This document shows, in pieces, positions 39,078 to 46,005 of a DNA stretch of 64,000 nucleotides. The stretch comes from Bacteroidota bacterium. GTDB lineage: Bacteria; Bacteroidota; Bacteroidia; Bacteroidales; GCA-2748055. Location: NCBI GenBank assembly GCA_043797815.1, contig JAZDPG010000004.1:25442-89441 (forward strand), written 5' to 3'. The translations under genes and the position numbers were made by a program. Position 1 is the first letter of the stretch. Every line of letters starts with the position of its first letter. The notes beneath the pieces were generated by a model. It was not told where the DNA came from. It did no database searches and saw only the letters and a program-made list of their open reading frames with translations.

Positions 39078-39893
39078 ATGTATTTTGATTCGAATATCAA
39101 GCTTCTGCGCAAACGCAGAAACCGTACCCAGGATGAGGTGGCCGGGCAGCTGAAAATGAAACGCTCTACCCTGAGCGGCTACGAGAACAGGGTGGCACAA
39201 CCGGGGGTGGAAGTGCTTTTGCTCTTCTCTGAATACTACAAGGTTGCCGTGGATACGCTGCTGAAAGTGGATCTTTCCAGATTGAGTGAAACACAACTCA
39301 GGCAGCTTGAACACGGCGAAGATGTGTTTCTGCGCGGGGGAAACCTGAGAATCCTGGCATCAACGGTCAACAACAAGAACCAGGAGAACATTGAACTGGT
39401 ACCTGTGAAAGCACAGGCTGGCTATACAAACGGTTTTTCCGATCCGGAGTACATCAGCGAGTTGCAGGTTTACCATTTGCCTTTCCTGTCCGGCGAAAAG
39501 AAATACAGAACTTTTCAGCTGCAGGGAGATTCCATGCTTCCCATCCCAGCGAAGGCCTGGGTCACCGGGGCTTATGTGCAGGACTGGATGACTCTGAAAA
39601 CAGGAGAGGCTTGCGTGGTGCTGACTGTTAGTGACGGGATTGTCTTTAAGATTCTGGAGAACAGGATTGAAAATGACGGTAAGCTTATCTTATACTCTTT
39701 AAACCCGCTTTATGAACCCTATGAGATCGACATACATGAAATAAGGGAAATATGGAGGTTTGTACACTTCATCAGCAACGAGATCCCGGATCCCATTCTG
39801 CCGGAAGACCAGCTTGTACGCACGGTAGCCAGCTTAAAACAGGATATGGACCGGATGAAAATGAAAATGAAAGGAGAGGGGAGTGGCAGCTAA
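39078..39893 (+). CDS. XRE-type HTH + S24 peptidase (LexA/CI-like autocleaving repressor)
   Basis: HTH region RTQDEVAGQLKMKRSTLSGYENRVAQP and S24 catalytic motif LQGDSMLP, with a downstream Lys (VFKIL). AGGAGG lies 8 nt before ATG 39078. Confidence 0.75.
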   Translation: MYFDSNIKLLRKRRNRTQDEVAGQLKMKRSTLSGYENRVAQPGVEVLLLFSEYYKVAVDTLLKVDLSRLSETQLRQLEHGEDVFLRGGNLRILASTVNNKNQENIELVPVKAQAGYTNGFSDPEYISELQVYHLPFLSGEKKYRTFQLQGDSMLPIPAKAWVTGAYVQDWMTLKTGEACVVLTVSDGIVFKILENRIENDGKLILYSLNPLYEPYEIDIHEIREIWRFVHFISNEIPDPILPEDQLVRTVASLKQDMDRMKMKMKGEGSGS

Positions 39894-40501
39894 TTCAGCC
39901 CAAAGTCATTTCCCAGAAGGGTTTCCTGGTTGCGGATCATCCTCATGTACCTTAGTTGTCCTGCCAGATATCTCTCTTTCTGTCTCCAATCCGGCATACA
40001 AACAAACTTGAATTTATCATCAGAGGGAAGGTTCAGGGCTTTCATCACATCCTGGCGGGTAATCCCGGTATGCTCACAATAATTCAGAAAATCTTTATCA
40101 ATAAATTCGGTGTAGTTGGCAATCAGTTCTTTAAGCTCCTTGCTTTCTACAGGTTCGGAACAGGGCATCCGCCTGATGCCTCCGCCGGAATAGAGTTTTC
40201 CTTCCATGTGTTTATTGAAACTGATGATCTGCACAATGGCCACGGATCTTACCGTGATCACCATTCTTCCACCGGGATTCTCTGCAACTATTTCTACCAG
40301 GCTGACCTCACATCCAAATTCCTGCAATTCCTGATCAATGATGTAGGGAATGACAAAAGTATATCCCGTATTGCGGATATCCTCTATCAATTGTTTGTAT
40401 CTGGGTTCAAATATTCGCAGGGGAATATCTTCCCCCGGAAAGAGGAAAACACCCAAAGGAAAGAAAGGAAGTATTTCTGGTTTTTGTTCCATTGCAGGCA
40501 A
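39890..40501 (-). CDS. Lon N-terminal (LON substrate-binding) domain-only protein
   Basis: FFPLGVFLFPGEDIPLRIFEPRYKQLI signature. 203 aa with no AAA or protease module. Confidence 0.75.
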   Translation of the reverse strand: MPAMEQKPEILPFFPLGVFLFPGEDIPLRIFEPRYKQLIEDIRNTGYTFVIPYIIDQELQEFGCEVSLVEIVAENPGGRMVITVRSVAIVQIISFNKHMEGKLYSGGGIRRMPCSEPVESKELKELIANYTEFIDKDFLNYCEHTGITRQDVMKALNLPSDDKFKFVCMPDWRQKERYLAGQLRYMRMIRNQETLLGNDFGLN

Positions 40502-40598
40502 CTATGAAGGATTAACAATTCATATTTCATATTTGTTTAACTTTTAACTTTTCCATTAATTCTTTTTCCCTTTCCCTTTCCCCTTGTACCTTTGTGTT

Positions 40599-41324
40599 AT
40601 GTGCTTTACAATTGAAGTTCATCTGACGAGGAAAGCCATCGAAAAAAGGTTCTCGGTAGACACATCTGCCCTGTACGATTTTGATTTTAACTATTTCTAC
40701 CGGGCTTTTGCCAATCCAATGATTCCGGTGATTACAGGAGATCAACCCGGACTGGTGAACCTGATGCAATGGGGATTGATCCCTTCCTGGGCCGGAAACA
40801 GAGTGAAAGCCGAACAGATAAGAAAGGGGACTTATAACGCAAGGGCAGAGTCGCTCCATGAAAAACCCTCCTTCAGGGAACCTCTTGTTAAAGGAAGGTG
40901 CCTGATTCTTGCACATGGATTCTTTGAGTGGCAGCATAAAAAGGATGCCAGGATACCCTGGTACATCAGGCTGAAAGATGATAAACCATTTGCATTTGCC
41001 GGACTGGCCGATTCCTGGCGGGATCCGGAAGACGGATCAGTTCACAGGACCTGTACCATTGTTACCACGGAGGCCAATCCACTGATGGAAAAGATACATA
41101 ATACAAAAAAAAGAATGCCGGTCATTCTTCAACCTGAGAATGAAAGAGACTGGATATCCGGTGATATTTCACTGCTTAAGGCCAGGCAAATGTTGTTGCC
41201 CTTCAATCAGGATGAGATGGTTGCCCATACAGTATCTCCTGCCATTTCCGGTTTACATGCCGATCCGGGAGACCCTGAAATCATTCAACCCTATAATTAT
41301 CCGCTTCCAGAAACGTTGTTTTAG
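40599..41324 (+). CDS. SOS response-associated peptidase (SRAP/YedK family, abasic-site sensor)
   Basis: Starts Met-Cys (MCFT...), as this family requires. TYNARAES, HGFFEW and TTEAN...KRMPVIL motifs. The track start 40584 (TTG) is rejected. Confidence 0.85.
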   Translation: MCFTIEVHLTRKAIEKRFSVDTSALYDFDFNYFYRAFANPMIPVITGDQPGLVNLMQWGLIPSWAGNRVKAEQIRKGTYNARAESLHEKPSFREPLVKGRCLILAHGFFEWQHKKDARIPWYIRLKDDKPFAFAGLADSWRDPEDGSVHRTCTIVTTEANPLMEKIHNTKKRMPVILQPENERDWISGDISLLKARQMLLPFNQDEMVAHTVSPAISGLHADPGDPEIIQPYNYPLPETLF

Positions 41325-41430
41325 GCGAGCGGTTCAATTTTACTATTTTGATATAAAATTAGTTACAGGCTTATTAACCATTTGTTAATAAATCATGTTG
41401 ACTCAATGTTCAATTCTTCGACTGATTTTC

Positions 41431-41462
41431 TTTGGTGCGAGACCACAAAGCGTATATTTTTG
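41431..41462 (+). promoter_or_regulatory. Bacteroidetes-type promoter (TTTG, 20-nt spacer, TATTTTTG)
   Basis: TTTG at 41431-41434, a 20-nt spacer, and a TAnnTTTG match at 41455-41462. Confidence 0.45.
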
Positions 41463-41467
41463 ATTCT

Positions 41468-41893
41468 ACCAAGTGAGCGATAAAAGGCCACTCAGTTCTT
41501 TAAATGATTCGATCATAAGTAGCCGGGGCAACCCGGAAACGTGAACAGAGTCACCAGGACAGATAAACAGGTATTGATTCTGTCCCCGCCGGTCTTCGGA
41601 CCGGGCTGTTGACTGGAGTACCGGATGAGCTGTAAAGGCTCATCAGGAGATTCAAAACGGAAACCGTAGAGTACCTGAAAACGCGGAAGAAGTTGTTAGC
41701 AGTTGAGCAAGGGAAACTGTCTTCGGACAGCAAACTTGCAAGTTATCCGATTCGTCGGATGGCAAAAGGGAATTCAGGACTTCGGTCCGGTCTTCCGGTC
41801 ACAATAACCGTAGCTTGGCACGACTTAGCGACTACGGTAACTAACGAGTGGAATGGGAACCAGATGCAAATTTGGCTCCCATTCGTGTTTTAT
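41468..41893 (+). ncRNA. unassigned, highly structured ~420-nt RNA candidate
   Basis: Nine compact hairpins, four with UUCG loops and one with GCAA, plus a terminator-like hairpin at 41852-41883 followed by GTGTTTTA. No credible ORF. The 5' end is inferred from the promoter only. Confidence 0.5.
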
Positions 41894-41902
41894 ACCCCCC
41901 AA

Positions 41903-42018
41903 CTCAGTGCCCAGTGCCCAGTGCCCAGTGCTCAGTGCCCAGTGCTCAGTGCCCAGTGCCCAGTTTCCAATTCAAACTTTTTTTGCACACCAAGTACTAA
42001 GACTGAGTACTGAGTACT
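41903..42018. repeat. heptamer array (CYCAGTG x9), spacer, then AGTACTG-type units
   Basis: Read directly: CTCAGTG CCCAGTG CCCAGTG CCCAGTG CTCAGTG CCCAGTG CTCAGTG CCCAGTG CCCAGTT ... GTACTAAGACTGAGTACTGAGTACT. Confidence 0.85.
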
Positions 42019-42242
42019 CCCTTCTTTTGATAAAAGCGGGCAGTTTTATTATAAATGGCGCCAAAACCTCCCACCAAAGAACCTTTACTTGTGCGAAGAG
42101 GGGCTACGTGTTAAACCACATTGTATCTTCGCATATATTTATATATCCTCATTATCATTTGGATACCAGGTTATTAGAACAATTAACAGGAAAGGGTTGA
42201 TATCCCATGAATGAACTTTTCCTTCCATTTTTGTTATAACAG

Positions 42243-42293
42243 TAGCTTTGTAAAAGAGACAAGAGTTTTGTAGAAGAAGCAAGTGTATTGTAG
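42243..42293 (+). promoter_or_regulatory. TAGCTTTG -7-like box plus three TTGTAR hexamers phased every 20 nt
   Basis: TTGTAA at 42248, TTGTAG at 42268 and TTGTAG at 42288. The 17-nt units TTTGTAAAAGAGACAAG and TTTGTAGAAGAAGCAAG are similar. Lies 18-65 nt before GTG 42311. Confidence 0.3.
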
Positions 42294-42310
42294 TTCGTAT
42301 TCCATTCAAT

Positions 42311-43639
42311 GTGAAGAAATTTTTGGTATTTATTTTTCTGTTGTTTCTCTTCTTTTTTGGTGAGATAGCGCTAACCTTTTCGGATAAAGGTTATCCTTCG
42401 CTGCTGCATGATGAAGAGGTTCCTTTTTCCCTGATGCTTGATAATCAGTTTTCCTCTTTTCAGGAGACGGATGTCATCGATAACCAGGTGAGCAGCTTTC
42501 TGAGCAGATGGAGGATACAGGGCGCCAGTGTGGCCATTGCCAAGGATGAGCGGCTTGTTTATGCCAAAGGATTTGGTATTGCCAATACCGAGACTGGTGA
42601 AGAGGTGAAACCGGGACACCTGTTCAGGATCGCTTCCGTTTCAAAGCTGATAACAGCAGTTGCAATTATGAAATTGGTTGAAGACGGATTCCTGGATCTT
42701 GATGAGCAGGTTTTCGGTGAAAATGGGATACTGAACGATACGGTTTATCAGAAATACAGGGATGTAAGAATTGAAGAAATTACCATCAGACATCTTCTGA
42801 ACCATACTGCCGGGTGGTCAAGGTATTCGGGAGATCCCATGTTCAGTTCATTGTATATTGCCAGGAAGATGGATGTGGAGGCTCCGGCAGATTTCAGCCA
42901 TGTGCTTCAATTTGCCCTTTCCAGAAGACTGGATTATAAACCAGGAACAAAGTACAGTTATTCAAACCTGGCTTATGGTATCCTGGGGGAGATCATAGCA
43001 AGGAAAAGTGGTATGACATACCAGGACTACGTGGTAATGAATCTGCTTTTACCTCTGGATATTCATGACATGCATATTGGCAGGAGCTTCTATCAGGACA
43101 AATATCCCAACGAAGTAGGGTACCACAGCAGCGCAGGAAAGATGACGGCCTATTCAATCGATGGTTCAGGGGAGAAGGTACCCATTTATTATGGTGGAAA
43201 CAATATAGAGTTGCTTGGTCCGGCCGGTGGATGGGTGGCTTCGGCTCCCGAACTCATTAAATTCCTGACAGCCATAGATGGATTTCCGGGACAGCCTGAT
43301 ATTCTGAAGGAAGAGACCATTCAGCTCATGGCGGATCCTGGGTTTTCTGGCAGGGGATTGTTTGGATGGCGTGGAAGCGACAAGTATGGTAACTGGTGGA
43401 GAACTGGTTATCTGACCGGATCAACTGCCTTGATGGTCAGACAACAGGATGGATTGGACTGGGTGGTGATGATGAATACAAGCACTTATAAGCATTCAAG
43501 AATTCAAAGGTATGTCTCTGGAATGATGTTCGGCGCAGTAAACCATGTCAGCGACTGGCCTTCCATTGACCTGTTCAGCATGGAGACCGATAACCCGAAT
43601 CCCATTACAGAAATTCCTGCAGCGAATCCCAAACTTTAA
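42311..43639 (+). CDS. serine hydrolase, beta-lactamase/PBP4* (class C-like) family
   Basis: N-terminal TM/signal segment, S-x-x-K motif ASVSK, and YSN motif (YSYSNLAYG). Confidence 0.8.
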   Translation: MKKFLVFIFLLFLFFFGEIALTFSDKGYPSLLHDEEVPFSLMLDNQFSSFQETDVIDNQVSSFLSRWRIQGASVAIAKDERLVYAKGFGIANTETGEEVKPGHLFRIASVSKLITAVAIMKLVEDGFLDLDEQVFGENGILNDTVYQKYRDVRIEEITIRHLLNHTAGWSRYSGDPMFSSLYIARKMDVEAPADFSHVLQFALSRRLDYKPGTKYSYSNLAYGILGEIIARKSGMTYQDYVVMNLLLPLDIHDMHIGRSFYQDKYPNEVGYHSSAGKMTAYSIDGSGEKVPIYYGGNNIELLGPAGGWVASAPELIKFLTAIDGFPGQPDILKEETIQLMADPGFSGRGLFGWRGSDKYGNWWRTGYLTGSTALMVRQQDGLDWVVMMNTSTYKHSRIQRYVSGMMFGAVNHVSDWPSIDLFSMETDNPNPITEIPAANPKL

Positions 43640-43697
43640 GACAGATTATATCGCAGGCTGGGATTTTCCTTATATATTTAGGGCTTCAGTACTGAAC

Positions 43698-44621
43698 ATG
43701 GAACTATCGTCCATACATCATGTAGAATCAGAAAAACTTACTGATTTTCAAGCCGATCTGTTTGTATCGACTTTGAGTCACGAATCCCGCTGCATAGCCA
43801 TTGCAAAAATGCTGGAAGGTATGTCATGCCGGAAAGTTGCTCTTTCCTCTGCTGATGAACTCAATGATTTCGCCTACAAGGAGAATCTGGATTATTACAA
43901 CTTGCACGGTTTTGAAGTCATGTCAATTCATCATGAAATTCCGGATATAGGTCAGATCATGAAGGGGATTGATTCAAAAGAGGTGCGGATTATATTTGAT
44001 TGCACCAGCATGTCCCAAAGATGGTACTATGAGTTTTTCAGCTGGTTTGCTGAGAGCCAGGACAGATTTGAAAACGTTACCCTGAGATTTGTCTATACCT
44101 TGGCAGGATATGTAAATGATGACTCCCCGAAAAAAGTAAAAAAGGTCAAGGAATTCCTGAAAATTGAGTCCCGGAAAAAGAAGTTGAAAAAGGCTTTGAT
44201 TCTTGGACTTGGACATGAGGCCAATGTTTCAGAATCCATATACAAAATTGAAAAGCCGAACCTCGTCTATCTCTATTATGCTGATCCTCCTGTTGACAAA
44301 CGGTTCGTTGACCAGGTTTTTGTGAACAACCATGCACTGATCAATTCAACACCCATACGTAACCTGATTGCCTATCCCATAAACAACGGACAGTCTATCT
44401 ATCAGAGCCTGATTGATACAATCCTTCCTATCCGTGATGAATACTCCATTACGCTGATTCCCCAGGGTCCGAAGATCTTCTCTGTGGCATCCATGTTGGT
44501 GCAGATAGGATACCCCGATATAATGATCAGTTATCCTGTATTCAAAAAGACACAGTTAAGTGACCGGCAGCCTTGCGGTGAGCCGGTTGTACTCGACGTT
44601 TATTTTGAGGAGGAAGAATAA
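43698..44621 (+). CDS. hypothetical protein, no recognised family
   Basis: ATG 43698 avoids the overlap with the upstream gene. 307 aa. Two alpha/beta-looking halves joined by a Lys-rich linker (KKVKKVKEFLKIESRKKKLKK). AT-rich. Confidence 0.5.
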   Translation: MELSSIHHVESEKLTDFQADLFVSTLSHESRCIAIAKMLEGMSCRKVALSSADELNDFAYKENLDYYNLHGFEVMSIHHEIPDIGQIMKGIDSKEVRIIFDCTSMSQRWYYEFFSWFAESQDRFENVTLRFVYTLAGYVNDDSPKKVKKVKEFLKIESRKKKLKKALILGLGHEANVSESIYKIEKPNLVYLYYADPPVDKRFVDQVFVNNHALINSTPIRNLIAYPINNGQSIYQSLIDTILPIRDEYSITLIPQGPKIFSVASMLVQIGYPDIMISYPVFKKTQLSDRQPCGEPVVLDVYFEEEE

Positions 44622-44691
44622 GAAACAATTTCAAAGTATCGTTGTTATACCTTCGAATTTTAATTACACACCACACCCAAAATTTATTTTC

Positions 44692-45996
44692 ATGGCAAGT
44701 TTTGATATTATCATGCCAAAAATGGGTGAGAGTATTGAAGAGGCAACCATTACAAACTGGTTTGTGAAGGAAGGTGACAAGGTAAAAGAGGATGATGTTC
44801 TTCTTGAAATCGCCACCGATAAGGTTGATTCTGAAATACCATCACCGGTTGAAGGGATTGTAAAGAAGATATTGTTTAAAAAGGATGAGGTTGTTCCGGT
44901 TGGGACAGTGATCGCAATCATCGATATGGATGGAGAAGCTGTAAGCGATGATGTCAAACAGGCTTTTCCTGTTGCAGAGAAGGAAGACTCCGAAGAAGAG
45001 CCAGCCCCGGAAAAGGCAGGTGAGATACCCACGTTGATCTCTGGTGGGGATCGCTTCTATTCACCATTGGTGAGAAAGATCGCAAGTGAAGAAAGTATAT
45101 CCCGGGAGGAACTGGATTCCATTGAGGGAAGTGGCCTGAATGGAAGGATTCAGAAAAAGGATGTCATGCTGTTTCTGGAGAACCGTGGCCAATTGAAACC
45201 TCAGTCTGCAACAGGCCAGAAGGTGCCAAGGATTGTAAATGAACCGCATTCTGTTTCTGTTTCTGTTCCTGCTCCCGGGACTGAAGACGAAATCGTTGAG
45301 ATGAGCCGTCTTCGCAAACTGATTGCAGGACATATGGTGAAATCCAAGCAGGTTTCTGCCCATGTTACCAATATGATCGAAGTGGATGTAAGCAATGTGG
45401 TCAACTGGCGCAACAGGGTGAAAGATGAGTTTCTGAAGAGAGAGGGTGTGAAGATTACCTATCTTCCCGTATTTCTGGAAGCCACTGTAAAAACACTGCG
45501 GGAATTCCCTCAGATCAATGCTTCAGTGGACGGGGATAAGATCATATTAAAGAAAAGAATAAACCTTGGAGTAGCGGTTTCCCTGCCGGACAACAACCTG
45601 ATCGTACCCAATATCAAGGATGCCGATTCGCTCAATCTCACGGGGATTACCAAGCGGATGAACGAACTTGCGGGTGCCGCACGGAGCAATAAACTGGGGC
45701 CCGATGATATCAGCGGGGGAACTTTCACAGTCACCAATTTCGGGTCCTTTCAGAATGATATCGGGACTCCGATTATCAACCAGCCCGAGGTGGCGATCCT
45801 TGCAGTAGGAGCCATCAAGAAGAAACCGGCTGTGCTTGAAACCGAACATGGTGATGTTATTGCCATCAGACAAAAAATGTGGCTTTCACTCACCTACGAT
45901 CACAGGATCATAGATGGTGCGCTGGGAGGTGCGTTTTTGAAACGGCTCGGAGACCTGATAGAATCATTTGACCCGGTTCGAGGTAACTTCAAATAA
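44692..45996 (+). CDS. 2-oxoacid dehydrogenase E2 (dihydrolipoamide acyltransferase)
   Basis: Lipoyl motif EIATDKVDSEIPSP, a peripheral-subunit-binding region, and catalytic DHRIIDGA. Confidence 0.85.
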   Translation: MASFDIIMPKMGESIEEATITNWFVKEGDKVKEDDVLLEIATDKVDSEIPSPVEGIVKKILFKKDEVVPVGTVIAIIDMDGEAVSDDVKQAFPVAEKEDSEEEPAPEKAGEIPTLISGGDRFYSPLVRKIASEESISREELDSIEGSGLNGRIQKKDVMLFLENRGQLKPQSATGQKVPRIVNEPHSVSVSVPAPGTEDEIVEMSRLRKLIAGHMVKSKQVSAHVTNMIEVDVSNVVNWRNRVKDEFLKREGVKITYLPVFLEATVKTLREFPQINASVDGDKIILKKRINLGVAVSLPDNNLIVPNIKDADSLNLTGITKRMNELAGAARSNKLGPDDISGGTFTVTNFGSFQNDIGTPIINQPEVAILAVGAIKKKPAVLETEHGDVIAIRQKMWLSLTYDHRIIDGALGGAFLKRLGDLIESFDPVRGNFK

Positions 45997-46005
45997 GTGC
46001 AGATT

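Noticed and set aside
41468-41893. Assigning the structured RNA to a known class (tmRNA, SRP/4.5S, 6S, cobalamin/TPP/SAM riboswitch, group II intron, retron msr-msd)
   Set aside because: It has no tRNA-like 5'/3' ends or tag ORF and no GGAAGCAGC-type SRP motif. There is no proper B12 box: only GCCACTC at 41487-41493, in the wrong position. No domain V-like AGC hairpin is present, even though GTGCG occurs at 41435, and no reverse transcriptase or regulated gene lies immediately downstream. This judgement was made by eye only, so a covariance-model search is still needed.
41693-42200. Track ORFs 41693-42013 (106 aa) and 41853-42200 (115 aa) in the gene-free gap
   Set aside because: They run through the structured-RNA hairpins and the heptamer array, giving reiterated SAQCPV peptides. 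They have no start context and no motifs. RNA and repeats explain the region better.
34493-44621. Interpreting the SOS island, RNA and orphan region as a prophage, ICE or transposon
   Set aside because: I found no integrase, transposase, relaxase or phage structural genes, no flanking tRNA and no obvious long direct repeats. Only the compositional shifts hint at foreign origin.
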